A stretch of 64,000 bases of DNA from Candidatus Methanomethylophilaceae archaeon (GCA_050950505.1 JBMNHS010000001.1:896001-960000), one strand, 5' to 3'. Positions 41,594-52,676 are shown, counted from the stretch's first letter. Notes: a model not told the origin generated them from the letters alone. Made by a program: numbers and translations.

Positions 41594-41977
41594 ATGGCAG
41601 AAGTAAGAACCGTACATTTTTGTGAAAAATGCAAACAGATAGTCGAAGTCCTCTTTGAAGGCAAAGGAGTTCTCTCCTGTTGCGGACAGCCCATGAAACA
41701 GTGGAACCCGCAGACCGAAGATTTCGCTTTTGAAAAGCACGTTCCTTATATCGAGAAAGTCGACGGAGGAGTGCGCGTATTGGTCGGAAAGGAAGAAGAC
41801 CACCCCATGGCCGATGCGCACTACATAGCATACATCGAGATCTGTGCGGACGGAGTCCTTATGCGCAAGTATCTCAAACCCGGAGACAAACCGGAAGCCT
41901 TCTTCGCCACCGATGCAAAAGTCATCACTGCGAAAGAACTCTGCAACGTACACGGTGTTTGGGTTTATAACCAGTAA
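41594..41977 (+). CDS. dfx: desulfoferrodoxin (2Fe superoxide reductase)
   Basis: CEKC...CCGQPM, EKHVP, HPM...HYI, CNVHG. Confidence 0.93.
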   Translation: MAEVRTVHFCEKCKQIVEVLFEGKGVLSCCGQPMKQWNPQTEDFAFEKHVPYIEKVDGGVRVLVGKEEDHPMADAHYIAYIEICADGVLMRKYLKPGDKPEAFFATDAKVITAKELCNVHGVWVYNQ

Positions 41978-42228
41978 GTTCAGCTTTGAAACCTTTTTCC
42001 AAACAACTTATCTTTTTCAACAACGTTCGGGAACTTTGCGGCCTAAGTTGTCTGTGGAATTTTTTGTGACATTTTAATCACAATAAATGTATTAACCTCA
42101 ACGTTGTTCGAGGCCTGTGAAGTCGGAGTTTGTCGTTTTCATTATACCTCAACAACAACGCGTTTTCAGACGGAAATTCCGCGGTGTTCATTTACACGCT
42201 TCGCTTCACACAGGTTACGGTGATTCAG

Positions 42229-42531
42229 ATGAGCAATAAAAAAGACAATGGACCCAAAGCCGTTAAGAGACATGCCGCTTTGGCCGCCGAACGGAAGATG
42301 GAAGAAGAGATTCTGAAGGAAAAATTACACAATCTCAAACATCAGAACCGGAAAATCATAAAGGATTACCGCGCAGACATCAAGAAACTCATGAAGGAAG
42401 AACGTCCTTTGGCCAAAGAAAAGCTCAAAATGATGACCGAGGAAATGAAAGCGGCGGAAAACGAACTCAAAGAAGAACACAGAGAAATGGTCAGAGAGCG
42501 GAAAGAATGGGCACGGAATACCCGCAGCTGA
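42229..42531 (+). CDS. small charged coiled-coil hypothetical protein
   Basis: ATG after SD GGTGA; K/E-rich helical sequence. Confidence 0.7.
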   Translation: MSNKKDNGPKAVKRHAALAAERKMEEEILKEKLHNLKHQNRKIIKDYRADIKKLMKEERPLAKEKLKMMTEEMKAAENELKEEHREMVRERKEWARNTRS

Positions 42532-42621
42532 GTCTGAAAAACCATAATCCGCAGATCAAAACCAGTCTAGATAATCTTTATATACGGTTTACCTAATTAT
42601 CTGACTATCGTCCGAGGTCAT

Positions 42622-42666
42622 ATGATGATTTCCGCACTGTACACCGATTTATTAATATTGGAATGA
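42622..42666 (+). CDS. putative leucine-rich leader peptide MMISALYTDLLILE
   Basis: SD GAGGT at 42614-42618, codons CTG..TTA TTA ATA TTG, between a TATA box (42577) and the leu operon. Confidence 0.6.
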   Translation: MMISALYTDLLILE

Positions 42667-42698
42667 ATCAGTGCGAATTAGGACGGTTTGGTGATTTT

Positions 42699-44306
42699 AT
42701 GAAAATTAAACAAACCAGTGTAAACGCTGAAGATATGGAGAAGATGCTCGCCGTGAGTCCGTACAACAGGATCGCGCTCGAGGGCATCGAGCCCATCGGG
42801 AAGATCAGCATGTTCGACACCACTCTCAGAGACGGCGAACAGGCTCCCGGTATTGCTCTCAGCCCCGAGGACAAGGTCCGTATAGCCACGGCACTGGACG
42901 ATCTTGGAGTCGATGCAATCGAAGCAGGCTTCGCGGCATCGTCCGAGGCCGAAAAAGAAACACTCAGAAAAATAGCGGGCAGCGGCATCAATGCGGACGT
43001 ATACAGTCTCGCAAGATGCGTCAAGTCGGATATAGACGCAGTCATCGATACGGGGCTCAGTCACATTCACACATTCATCGCCACCTCCGATCTTCACATG
43101 AAATACAAACTGAAAATGTCTCCCGAGCAGGTAAAAGAAAGAGCCGTGGAGACCGTTCAGTACGCGAAAGATCACGGACTCACCGTACAATTTTCCTGTG
43201 AGGACGCCACACGCAGCGACATGGATTTCATGAAAGAGGTTCTTCTCGCGGTTCAGGAAGCCGGTGTTGATTCGGTCAACATTCCCGATACCGTGGGAGT
43301 CATCACGCCCCGGGCCATGTCGTATGTGATATCGGAAATCAACAAAGCCGTGAAGGTTCCCATTTCCGTGCATTGTCACAATGACATGGGACTTGCCCTT
43401 TCCAACACAATAGCCGCGGTCGAAGCCGGAGCTTCAATCTGTCACGTATGCATAAACGGAATCGGCGAGCGCACCGGAAACGCCGCTCTCGAAGAAGTGG
43501 CTCTCAACCTGTTCGCCAACTACGGGGTGCAGACCGTCGACCTCTCAAAGATAGGTCAGACCTCCAAACTGATCGAAAGGATAACGGGATTCTCCATGGC
43601 CCGCAACAAACCGATTGTGGGACGGAACGCTTTCGCCCACGAATCCGGAATTCACGTGCACGGAGTGATGAGCAACACCGCAACCTACGAACCCTTCCTT
43701 CCGGAACTTGTCGGCGTGGACCGTCAGATTGTCATAGGGAAGCATTCGGGCATACATTCGGTTCAGGGAAGACTCAACGAACTCGGAATCGAATTCCCCG
43801 AAGACAGAATGGATGAGCTCATGGCATCCGTGAAAAACATAGCCGCGGGGGGCAAACAGATAGACGATGCGGAACTCATTACGATTGCGGATCACATACT
43901 CTGGAGAAGTTCGGCTGTGGAAGAAGCCGTGGACCTGAAACAATTCGTTGTTTTCACCGGGAAAGATATAACATCTACCGCCACTGTCACGGTGGATATT
44001 GCCGGTGACAAACGCACCGTTTCCGAAATAGGAGTCGGGCCTGTGGACGCCGCAATCAATGCAATCAAAAAAGCAGTCAACGACAACATGTCCATGGAAG
44101 AATACAAACTGAGCGCAATCACAGGCAAGAGCGACTCTATCTGTGAAGTAACCGTAATGGTTAAGAATGTTCAGGATGACGGTTTCATGTCCGTCGGCAA
44201 AGCCGTCGGACTCGACATAGTCGAAACATCTGTGGATGCGACGATGGTTGCCATCAACAGGGATTATGCCAGACAGAGGAAGAATAATGGGAAAAACAAT
44301 AGCTGA
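42699..44306 (+). CDS. leuA: 2-isopropylmalate synthase (or citramalate synthase)
   Basis: DTTLRDGEQAPG, HCHNDMG, GIGERTGN, HESGIH, C-terminal GVGPVDA regulatory domain; first gene of a leuCDB operon. Confidence 0.85.
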   Translation: MKIKQTSVNAEDMEKMLAVSPYNRIALEGIEPIGKISMFDTTLRDGEQAPGIALSPEDKVRIATALDDLGVDAIEAGFAASSEAEKETLRKIAGSGINADVYSLARCVKSDIDAVIDTGLSHIHTFIATSDLHMKYKLKMSPEQVKERAVETVQYAKDHGLTVQFSCEDATRSDMDFMKEVLLAVQEAGVDSVNIPDTVGVITPRAMSYVISEINKAVKVPISVHCHNDMGLALSNTIAAVEAGASICHVCINGIGERTGNAALEEVALNLFANYGVQTVDLSKIGQTSKLIERITGFSMARNKPIVGRNAFAHESGIHVHGVMSNTATYEPFLPELVGVDRQIVIGKHSGIHSVQGRLNELGIEFPEDRMDELMASVKNIAAGGKQIDDAELITIADHILWRSSAVEEAVDLKQFVVFTGKDITSTATVTVDIAGDKRTVSEIGVGPVDAAINAIKKAVNDNMSMEEYKLSAITGKSDSICEVTVMVKNVQDDGFMSVGKAVGLDIVETSVDATMVAINRDYARQRKNNGKNNS

Positions 44307-45549
44307 GAAAATTCTCTCAGAAAAATCGGGCACCGATGCCCGGGCGGGACAGATTGTTGTTGCCAACATCGATTACGTCATGGTCAATGACGTGACAGGT
44401 CCCATCGCATTCAGAGAATACGAGAAACTGAACACCGACAAACTGTACAAAGACAAATTGGTGCTTATTCCGGATCACTATGTTCCGAACAAGGACATAG
44501 CTTCCGCCGAACAGGCGAAGGAAATGAGGGAATTCGCAGTCAAACACAAGATCGACAATTATTTCGAAGTTGGAAGAGGCGGAGTCTGCCATCAGGTCAT
44601 GGTCGAAGAAGGATACGCCGCGCCCGGAAGATTGATTGTCGGCGCCGATTCCCACACCTGCACCTACGGCGGGATAAACGCATTCTCCACCGGAATAGGA
44701 TCCACCGAAGCATGCGCCGCGTTCTCCACCGGGCGCCTGTGGTTCAGAGTCCCCGAAACAATCAAAGTGGAACTTACCGGCGGGTTCAGGAACGGAGCCT
44801 GCGGAAAGGATCTGATTCTGAAAATCATCACCGACATAGGCGTGGATGGAGCCAATTACAAGGCATTCGAATTCCACGGACCCGGAATAGCCAACATAAC
44901 GGTTTCCGACAGATTGACCATCTCCAACATGGCAATAGAAGCCGGAGGAAAGGCAGGGATATTCCCTTGTGACAAAATGACCGAAGAATACATCAAAGAC
45001 ACCGCCAAGGGGGAATGGAAGGCCGTCGAAGCCGATCCCGACGCGGAATACGTTTCGGTTCTGAAGTACGATCTGTCGGAAATAGTTCCCATGGTGGCTT
45101 ATCCCCATCTTCCCGAAAACGGACGTCCCGTAAAGGACGCCGATGTGAAAATAGATCAGGCTTATCTCGGTTCATGCACCAACGGACGCATCGAAGACAT
45201 GAGAATCGCCGCCGAAATCGTCAAAGGCAGGAAAGTCGCCGAAGGCGTGAGATTCCTGGTGGTTCCGGCATCCCAGAAAGTCGTCAGACAGATGATTGAC
45301 GAAGGCCTCATGCAGATATTCCTTGATGCGGACGCTTTCGTGTCCGGTCCCACCTGCGGGGCGTGTCTCGGAGGATACATGGGTATCCTGGCATCGGAGG
45401 AGAAAGCCGTTTCCTCCACGAACAGAAATTTCATAGGAAGAATGGGCGACAAGAACTCCGAAGTGTATCTGGCCGGCCCCGCCGTCGTTGCGGCTTCCGC
45501 CATTGCGGGAAGAATCGTCACCCCCGATGAACTGGAGGAACTGTCATGA
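44287..45549 (+). CDS. leuC: 3-isopropylmalate dehydratase large subunit
   Basis: GVCHQ, GADSHTCT, GSCTNGR, CGACLG. Confidence 0.9.
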   Translation: MGKTIAEKILSEKSGTDARAGQIVVANIDYVMVNDVTGPIAFREYEKLNTDKLYKDKLVLIPDHYVPNKDIASAEQAKEMREFAVKHKIDNYFEVGRGGVCHQVMVEEGYAAPGRLIVGADSHTCTYGGINAFSTGIGSTEACAAFSTGRLWFRVPETIKVELTGGFRNGACGKDLILKIITDIGVDGANYKAFEFHGPGIANITVSDRLTISNMAIEAGGKAGIFPCDKMTEEYIKDTAKGEWKAVEADPDAEYVSVLKYDLSEIVPMVAYPHLPENGRPVKDADVKIDQAYLGSCTNGRIEDMRIAAEIVKGRKVAEGVRFLVVPASQKVVRQMIDEGLMQIFLDADAFVSGPTCGACLGGYMGILASEEKAVSSTNRNFIGRMGDKNSEVYLAGPAVVAASAIAGRIVTPDELEELS

Positions 45550-46025
45550 ATAAAATCGAAGGCAAAGTCTGGAGATTCGGAGACAACGTCGACACGGATC
45601 AGATAATACCGGCAGAACGGTTGGTGGCTTCCAATCTCGACAGCCTCAACGAATACATTTTTGAAAAAGTGAGACCCCGATTCGCACAGCAGGTCGGAAA
45701 GGGAGACATAATCGTGGCCGGGAAGAACTTCGGTTGCGGATCTTCCAGGGAACATGCCCCCCTGTCCCTGATACAGGCCGGCATCACCTGCGTGGTTGCG
45801 GAATCTTTCGCAAGAATATTTTACAGAAATTCCATGAACATCGGACTTCTTCTTGTCGAATGCAAAGTCGACGCCAAGGAAGGAACCGTAATTTCAATTG
45901 ACACCGAAAAGGGAGAAGTGGTTTCCGACGGAAAAGTTTTCAAATTCCCGCAGTACCCGCCGTTCATCAGTGAAATGGTCAAATCCGGCGGTCTTATGAA
46001 TCTTGTCAAGGAGAATAGATTATGA
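45546..46025 (+). CDS. leuD: 3-isopropylmalate dehydratase small subunit
   Basis: DNVDTDQIIP, NFGCGSSREHA, SFARIFYRN. Confidence 0.9.
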   Translation: MNKIEGKVWRFGDNVDTDQIIPAERLVASNLDSLNEYIFEKVRPRFAQQVGKGDIIVAGKNFGCGSSREHAPLSLIQAGITCVVAESFARIFYRNSMNIGLLLVECKVDAKEGTVISIDTEKGEVVSDGKVFKFPQYPPFISEMVKSGGLMNLVKENRL

Positions 46026-47140
46026 AACATCTGGCTATCATCCCCGGAGACGGTATCGGAAAGGAAGTCATCGACGCAGGATTGGAGGTTCTCGACGCGG
46101 TCGCGGAAATATCCACCTTCGAATATGACGGAGAAATCTTCGACATAGGTTCGGACAGATACCTCAGCACCGGCGAACTTCTTACCGACGAAGATATAGA
46201 CGATTTGAGAAAGAAAGATGCGATTTACTTCGGTGCCATCGGCGATCCGAAAGTTCCTCCGGGAGTTTTGGAACAGGGCGTTCTTCTGAAAATGAGGGCC
46301 GTTTTCGACCAGTACATCAATATGAGACCCGTCACTTCCTGGTTCCCCTTCGTCCCGTTGAAGAGAGAAGTTCCCTTCGACATGATGTTCCTCAGGGAAA
46401 ACACCGAGGATTTCTACATGGGAGCCGGTGGACGTTTCGGACCGACTTACGGCGGCAAGACTTCAAAACTGAAAGTAAAGAGGGATCTTTACGAAATGGA
46501 CGTCACAATCAATGCGGATGCATCCAACGATGACGATTTCGCTTTTGAACTGGGTTTCCTTTCCAGAAAAGGAATCACCCGTTTCGCGGATTATGCCTGC
46601 AGATACGCTTTGGCCCGCGGCGATGACAGAATAACCCTTGTGGACAAGGCAAACGTAATCACTGACATGTACGGCCTGCAGCGTGAAATATTCACCGAAA
46701 AGACGGAAGAGTACGGATTGGAACTGAACTTCATGTTCGTCGACGCGATGGCCATGGCCATGGTCGTGCGTCCGGAAACTTTCGGAACCGTGGCAGTGTC
46801 CAACCTCTTCGGGGACATCCTCACGGATTTGGGAGCTCAGCTTCAGGGCGGATTGGGAATGGGTTGCAGCGGCAACATAAACCCCGAAGGCGTCAGCATG
46901 TTCGAACCCATACACGGATCTGCTCCGGACATAGCCGGAAAAGGAATAGCGAACCCCATCGCCGCGATACTTGCGGCTCAGATGCTGTTGGAAGATCAGG
47001 GATATCCCAGAGAAGGCAAAATGATCCACAAAGCGGTCGAAGAATGCCTAAAGGAGAACAAAACAACTCCGGATCTCGGAGGCAACCTGAGCACCGAACA
47101 GGCAGGTTCCGCCGTGGCCGAAAAGATACTGAAAAGCTGA
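46022..47140 (+). CDS. leuB: 3-isopropylmalate dehydrogenase
   Basis: PGDGIGKEV, RENTE, DKANV, NLFGDILTD, FEPIHGSAPDIAGKG. Confidence 0.9.
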   Translation: MKHLAIIPGDGIGKEVIDAGLEVLDAVAEISTFEYDGEIFDIGSDRYLSTGELLTDEDIDDLRKKDAIYFGAIGDPKVPPGVLEQGVLLKMRAVFDQYINMRPVTSWFPFVPLKREVPFDMMFLRENTEDFYMGAGGRFGPTYGGKTSKLKVKRDLYEMDVTINADASNDDDFAFELGFLSRKGITRFADYACRYALARGDDRITLVDKANVITDMYGLQREIFTEKTEEYGLELNFMFVDAMAMAMVVRPETFGTVAVSNLFGDILTDLGAQLQGGLGMGCSGNINPEGVSMFEPIHGSAPDIAGKGIANPIAAILAAQMLLEDQGYPREGKMIHKAVEECLKENKTTPDLGGNLSTEQAGSAVAEKILKS

Positions 47141-47144
47141 TCCG

Positions 47145-47408
47145 ATGAACAGTTTGGATCTGACTTCCGAATACGAATCCCCGGAAATTGCCGAGGCCGT
47201 CGCCGCGGCGTTGGATCCGGAAAACGAAGAATTCGTTGAGATGGAAGTCCGCGGCAAAACAATTTATTTCAGAATGGAGGCCGAGTCGGCCGGTTCCCTC
47301 AGGAACACGGCCGACGACCTCCTGTCCTGCCTGAAAATCGCAGAGGAAGCCTCAGGCCTCGTCGGAAGTTCCGCTTCTGACCCTGACGGCGATTCCTTTT
47401 TTGAATGA
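47145..47408 (+). CDS. pcc1: KEOPS complex subunit Pcc1
   Basis: A.AV..AL.PEN and EAESAGSLRNTADDLL pattern. Confidence 0.75.
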   Translation: MNSLDLTSEYESPEIAEAVAAALDPENEEFVEMEVRGKTIYFRMEAESAGSLRNTADDLLSCLKIAEEASGLVGSSASDPDGDSFFE

Positions 47409-49289
47409 TTTTATTTCTTTCTTTGTCATCGTGATTCTTCCGGTGGCAAGAACATTGTCGTCTTTGTCCGTGACGATGACTTCGTCCATAGGCTTCAGAT
47501 TTGAATCGCAATCGATGACGAACTGACAGAATGCGTTTCTTCCTTTGGAGACGAAAGGTATCGAATCATCGTTTACCACGACTCTCATAAAGGGGGCCGG
47601 GACGTCTTTCGCGATACGTGTGGCACCTTCTTTCTTGAGAGTGTACAATCCGTCTCCCGCCCTCATGGACAATATATGTTCCCCGTCGGAACTCACGTTC
47701 CTTATCCTGTCGTTGTTTTTGCTTTTTACGAATTCTATTTTGCCTTTGAACAAAGCATCGGTGGCAGGAATTCCGAACTGGTATCTTGAAACGGCTTTGG
47801 CTCTTGCCAAATCCCAGTCAAAACCGTCGGATCCGAGATCTTCCAATCCATCCATACCGATGACTTCTCTGAACCCGTGTTTTTCTATGAACTCATTCAT
47901 CAGGGACGAGGAACGTTCTTCCGTTTCCCGGTCCGTGATGGCCGGGAACAATGACTGGGACAACGGATAGACTTCATCCAAATCCGCGGGCACCGGGCCG
48001 AAAGGAGTCGAAACAACAGGAACGTATCCGTTGTTTGCGGCGATTTTGAATTCTTCGGAGTACGGACGGCTGTATGGTTTGTTGGGGTTGTCCGGGAATA
48101 TCACGGCTTTGTCCGACCATGGCACATATCGGTCCATAATCCGTGTGCCGTATCTTTCAAAAATAGGGCGGTTGTACGTTTCGGTTCCGGTGTAAAACAA
48201 CGCACCGTTTCTGCTCAGAGGCTCGTGGAGTTCCATGAATCCGATGTATTCTTTCAGTCTTCTGAGACCGTCCAGCATCGCCGGGTGGGATCTGCACCTT
48301 ATTTCCACAAGTTCCCATAGACGTTCTTCCCTGATGTATCTCTTAATCGTATCAAGTTCCTTCGTTATTTGATAAAGGTTGTGTCTGGCTATTGTTCCTT
48401 CACGTTCTTTGTCATTCAGTTTTCTCAAAGATTCCAGAGTGTGTTCCTTGCAGGCGGGACAGTTGCAGTCCAGAGTTTCCATTTCCCTAAGGCGGGAGGT
48501 TCCGTCAATGAACATCATCCTGTCGTCCCTTGCGAATTTTGCGTAAGAGGCGGAATCGAAGAGATCGCACCCCATGAGAGCGGCAAATGCCAGAACCATC
48601 GGATGTCCCGCACCGAACAGGTGAACCGGTCTTGACGGATCCATTCCCAATTTGGAACTCATCACGACGTCCACGAGCTCCGCGTACCGGTACTGTTCCA
48701 TCAACGGCACCACGCCGCCGATGGGATGGACGTCAATATCCAGTTCTGCCATTTTTTCGGCACAGTAGGTTCTGAGTTCCGGATAAACAGAACCTTGAAT
48801 AACGCCGTTTATGAGCATATCCCCTTTCATGTCGCAGGCTTCTTTGGTTCTCACCAATGTTTCCTCGATGGCCCATTTTGTTTTCTCTTCGGACCATCCC
48901 GGTTCGGTGAAAATATCAAGAACGGTTCCGATATCGGTGCCTATGCCTTTCTGGAACTCTATTATTTCGGGATTGGTAAGGTCGACTTCGCCGTACATGT
49001 AACTCTGGAAGGTTCCGGAGTCGGTCATGATTATGCCGTCGAAATCCAGCATTTTGTGCAACCCTTCGGTCAAAGCCTGTTCGCTGAGGTCTTTGTGTTT
49101 TTTGATTATGTAAGAGTTGGTGATCAACGCACCGAAACCGAACACCTCCTTCAGTTCCCTGGGTGCCACCGTGTTTATTTTGGGATTTATCACCGGCAAC
49201 AGAGCCGGGGTTTCAATCGTGCCCGATCCGGCGGTCAGTTTGCAGATTCTGGACAAACCGTCTTTTTTGACAAGTTCAAACTCGACCAT
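47352..49289 (-). CDS. tgtA: archaeosine tRNA-guanine(15) transglycosylase with PUA domain
   Basis: ETPALLPV, MTDSGTFQ, IGGVVPLME, HLFGAGHP, DLFDSASY. Confidence 0.95.
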   Translation of the reverse strand: MVEFELVKKDGLSRICKLTAGSGTIETPALLPVINPKINTVAPRELKEVFGFGALITNSYIIKKHKDLSEQALTEGLHKMLDFDGIIMTDSGTFQSYMYGEVDLTNPEIIEFQKGIGTDIGTVLDIFTEPGWSEEKTKWAIEETLVRTKEACDMKGDMLINGVIQGSVYPELRTYCAEKMAELDIDVHPIGGVVPLMEQYRYAELVDVVMSSKLGMDPSRPVHLFGAGHPMVLAFAALMGCDLFDSASYAKFARDDRMMFIDGTSRLREMETLDCNCPACKEHTLESLRKLNDKEREGTIARHNLYQITKELDTIKRYIREERLWELVEIRCRSHPAMLDGLRRLKEYIGFMELHEPLSRNGALFYTGTETYNRPIFERYGTRIMDRYVPWSDKAVIFPDNPNKPYSRPYSEEFKIAANNGYVPVVSTPFGPVPADLDEVYPLSQSLFPAITDRETEERSSSLMNEFIEKHGFREVIGMDGLEDLGSDGFDWDLARAKAVSRYQFGIPATDALFKGKIEFVKSKNNDRIRNVSSDGEHILSMRAGDGLYTLKKEGATRIAKDVPAPFMRVVVNDDSIPFVSKGRNAFCQFVIDCDSNLKPMDEVIVTDKDDNVLATGRITMTKKEIKSFKKGIAVRVRSGTSDEA

Positions 49290-49293
49290 GCGC

Positions 49294-49689
49294 TCACATG
49301 ATCCTGTTTTTGTAACAATCCGCGTAAATTTTGGATATGGCGTTTTTCATGAGAACGTCGGGTATATCCTCTATGTATTCCTTCTTCCAGTCAAGAACCG
49401 GCCGTTCGAACTTTATCAGATTGGGGCGGTTGAGATTGCAGGAATCCTCGGAATCCAGCATTCTTATTTCCAATCCGTTGAGAATGTCATGAACGTTTTC
49501 TCCGTTAATCAGAACAGTGTTTTTTCCCTCTGTCTCGGTCTCTGTCAGTCTTGCGGGAATATCGGAAATCATCATGTCGGCCACGAGACCGGCGAGATAT
49601 TCCGTCATTTCCCTGTTGCTTCTGCGTCTGAGTTCTTCGGACCCGGGAGGTTCGGAAGAATGCCGGTATTCTATGTTTATGATTGTCAT
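49294..49689 (-). CDS. hypothetical protein (possibly DUF2703-like)
   Basis: Clean ORF abutting tgtA; NTVLING...YIEDIP pattern. Confidence 0.6.
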   Translation of the reverse strand: MTIINIEYRHSSEPPGSEELRRRSNREMTEYLAGLVADMMISDIPARLTETETEGKNTVLINGENVHDILNGLEIRMLDSEDSCNLNRPNLIKFERPVLDWKKEYIEDIPDVLMKNAISKIYADCYKNRIM

Positions 49690-49780
49690 AAACCGTCAAT
49701 CGGCACTTATGTTAAAATGATTGCTCATTTACAATGTCAGACCGTTGTTTAAAATACTGAATGAACTTACTTCCGACTGT

Positions 49781-50149
49781 ATGTCTAAGAACTCCGACGG
49801 TTGCAAACTCGTGATAATCGTGAGAAACGACGTAAAGATGACCAAAGGCAAAATTGCCGCACAGGCGGGACATGCCGCCGTGAATTGCGCCTTCGCATCC
49901 AAAAAGAAGTATCCCTCCAAGTTCAACGAATGGTACGATTCCGGACAAACCAAAGTGGTACTGAAAGTGAATTCCCTCAGCGAACTGTATGAATGCAAAG
50001 CCATCGCCGAAGCTCAGGGAGTGACGTGTTCCCTCATCACCGACGCGGGAAGGACCCAGATAGAACCCGGAACCGTGACGTGTCTGGGAATAGGCCCTGA
50101 CAAAGAATCGGTTTTGGACAAAATCACCGGCGAATTAAAGATGCTCTAA
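49781..50149 (+). CDS. pth2: peptidyl-tRNA hydrolase Pth2
   Basis: KMTKGKIAAQAGHA, DAGRTQIEPGTVTCLGIGP. Confidence 0.93.
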   Translation: MSKNSDGCKLVIIVRNDVKMTKGKIAAQAGHAAVNCAFASKKKYPSKFNEWYDSGQTKVVLKVNSLSELYECKAIAEAQGVTCSLITDAGRTQIEPGTVTCLGIGPDKESVLDKITGELKML

Positions 50150-50755
50150 ACCCGCTTCAAAATTGGTTTTCAGTTCCCTGATGAGAATATTGAGATTTTC
50201 GGTTCTCATGGCGGAAGATCTTATGCATGCCCCAGAACCGCCGCTTGAAGCTATATGGCGTATGTTGTAAGCGTTTATGCCGCCGATTCCGAACACGGGT
50301 ATGTCGAAGCTTCTGTAAAGCTTCTCGATGAATTTGGGTCCTTTGGGTTCGGCGTCCGGTTTGCATTCCGTGGGATACACCGGACCGGCGATAAGATAAT
50401 CCGCACCCAGTTCCGCGGCTTCCTCCGCTTCTTCGAGAGAATGGACCGAAACGCCGATTGAATCCAATCCGTCCCGGTCCTTCAGAGTCCTCATAACGCC
50501 GAGAGGAATCTGCACTCTGTCCACCCCCATGTCTTTCGCGATATCGACAAAGGTGTTTATGCACAGAGGCACGCCGTAATCCGTGCATATGGCGGCACAT
50601 TCGTTTGCAAGATATTTGTATTCGGATTCACTCAGATCTTTTTCTCTGAGTATTACCATGTCCGCTCCGGAAGCGGAGATGTCCGCTATCTTTTCCGCAA
50701 AAGGTTTGGACATTATCTTTCTGTCCGTGACCACGTATATTTTCGGTGTCTTCAT
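50135..50755 (-). CDS. thiamine-phosphate synthase/TenI-like protein
   Basis: LREKDL, GVSVHSLEEA, GPVYPTECKP, IGGI. Confidence 0.82.
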   Translation of the reverse strand: MKTPKIYVVTDRKIMSKPFAEKIADISASGADMVILREKDLSESEYKYLANECAAICTDYGVPLCINTFVDIAKDMGVDRVQIPLGVMRTLKDRDGLDSIGVSVHSLEEAEEAAELGADYLIAGPVYPTECKPDAEPKGPKFIEKLYRSFDIPVFGIGGINAYNIRHIASSGGSGACIRSSAMRTENLNILIRELKTNFEAGLEHL

Positions 50756-51909
50756 ATTCTCACATAATCTTTGAAAACAGGCTGAATTCCGTTTGCCAGC
50801 AATGCATTTTTGATTTCATCCAAACTTCTCGGATCTGAAATGTCAAACTGGACGTCTCCCTTTTCTATGCCCGAGTGTTCTCCGACCCCCACGCTTACCC
50901 CTGCCGAAATCTTGGTTGCGCAGATTTTGACGATGTTGTCCCTGAAGACGGGTCTTTCCCTGGTGGAGATGGTCTGACCGGCATAGGGCATGAACAGACG
51001 GTAAGCCATCGCAACCTGCAACAGCTGGGTTTCGGTGACATCGTTTACCACCAGATCTTTGTTCATGAACGGTCTGAGTCTGGGAAGCGAAAAAGATATT
51101 TCCGCATGAGGATATTTTCTCTGTATTTCCATCGCGTGAATGCCGCAGGTAAACGCATCCTTTCTGAAATCAGAAAGACCCAGCAACGGGGCGAAACCGA
51201 CGCCTCTCATGCCCCCCATCAACGCCCTTTCGTTGGAATTGAATCTGTAGGAGTAGTTTCTTTTGCGTCCTCCCGGGTGCATTTCCGCGTAGATTTCCGG
51301 ATTGTATGTTTCCTGAAACACCGTGACGTAGTCCGCTCCGGCTTCCTGCATTCTCCGATATTCGGAAGTGTTCATGGGATAAACTTCCAGGCCTATTATC
51401 GAGAAATGATTTGTCGCTCTTTTTACCAAATCTTCGATATAATCCGGTCCGGAGTGATGTCTGGACTCTCCGGTGAGCAGAAGAATTTCCTGCATTCCGG
51501 TGGAAGCGATGGCTTCCATTTCCCGGTCGATTTCGTCTCCTGTGAGTTTGGCGCGGTGAATGTCGTGTCTGTTGCTGAATCCGCAATAAATACACTGATT
51601 GGTACAATAATTGGAAGCGTAGAGGGGAGTGAATATTATGACGGAATTTCCGAAATGTTTTCTCGTTTCTTCTCTGGCTCTCACGGCAATGTCTTCGATG
51701 AAAGGTTCTGCCGCCGGAGAAAGAAGGGCGCCGAAGTCTTCGGAATCCGGATAATTTTCCGACAGTGCGGATTTCACGTCCCTTTTGGTATAATTCTCGG
51801 GACGGTAACGTGAGGAAAGTTCAAGGACGCTTTCCATCAGAGTCGGATCGATGTACTCCATGCCTTCTTCGTAGTCGACGGCATCCGTGAAATCCCTGGT
51901 GATGATCAT
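50752..51909 (-). CDS. thiH: 2-iminoacetate synthase (radical SAM tyrosine lyase)
   Basis: [45 protein letters not shown]. Confidence 0.93.
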   Translation of the reverse strand: MIITRDFTDAVDYEEGMEYIDPTLMESVLELSSRYRPENYTKRDVKSALSENYPDSEDFGALLSPAAEPFIEDIAVRAREETRKHFGNSVIIFTPLYASNYCTNQCIYCGFSNRHDIHRAKLTGDEIDREMEAIASTGMQEILLLTGESRHHSGPDYIEDLVKRATNHFSIIGLEVYPMNTSEYRRMQEAGADYVTVFQETYNPEIYAEMHPGGRKRNYSYRFNSNERALMGGMRGVGFAPLLGLSDFRKDAFTCGIHAMEIQRKYPHAEISFSLPRLRPFMNKDLVVNDVTETQLLQVAMAYRLFMPYAGQTISTRERPVFRDNIVKICATKISAGVSVGVGEHSGIEKGDVQFDISDPRSLDEIKNALLANGIQPVFKDYVRI

Positions 51910-52676
51910 TCCTCCAGGAATCCGGTAAGCGGGCTTGAGGCTTCGCCTTTGTTTTCAAGGACTCTTCCTGGCCCGGACAGATAAGCCAGACGTCCCGCTT
52001 CTATAGACATTTTGAAAGCTTTGGCCATGATTGCGGGATCGTCCGCCGTGGCAATCGCGGTGTTTGCCATTATCGCGTCGACGCCCAATTCCATGGCTTC
52101 GCAGGCTTGGGAAGGTCTCCCTATGCCGGCATCCACTATTATCGGCAAATCTATTTCGTCAACCAATATTTTTATGAAATCCTTGGTCAGAAGGCCTTTG
52201 TTGCTTCCTATGGGAGCCCCGAGAGGCATTATCGCGTCGGCTCCGGCCTCTTCCATGTCCCTTGCGGCCGAAAGGTCGGGCATCATGTAAGGCAGTATCA
52301 CGAAGTCTTTTGCCTTCAGTCTGGCAATGGCTTTGGTGGTTTCCGCATTGTCGGGAAGAAGATACTTCGTATCCCTTATGATTTCGATTTTTACAAAATC
52401 CCCGCACCCTAATTCCCTTGCGAGTTCGGCGATTCTCACCGCCTCGTCCGCATTCCTGGCACCGGATGTGTTTGGCAACACGGTGATTCCTTCGGGGATG
52501 TAATCCAGAATGTTTTCCATGCCTCCGACGTTCGCTCTCCTGACTGCCAATGTGGCCATTTCCACTCCGCCGTTTTCTATGACGGTCCGGGTCATGTCGA
52601 GGCTGAACTTTCCCGATCCGAGAATGAATCTCGATTTGAATCTGTGTCCGCCGATGTCCAAAAGGTCAGTGTTCAT
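51906..52676 (-). CDS. thiG: thiazole synthase
   Basis: [45 protein letters not shown]. Confidence 0.95.
   Translation of the reverse strand: MNTDLLDIGGHRFKSRFILGSGKFSLDMTRTVIENGGVEMATLAVRRANVGGMENILDYIPEGITVLPNTSGARNADEAVRIAELARELGCGDFVKIEIIRDTKYLLPDNAETTKAIARLKAKDFVILPYMMPDLSAARDMEEAGADAIMPLGAPIGSNKGLLTKDFIKILVDEIDLPIIVDAGIGRPSQACEAMELGVDAIMANTAIATADDPAIMAKAFKMSIEAGRLAYLSGPGRVLENKGEASSPLTGFLEE

Noticed and set aside
47352-47408. 57-bp convergent overlap of pcc1 and tgtA
   Set aside because: Short tail-to-tail overlaps are common in compact archaeal genomes
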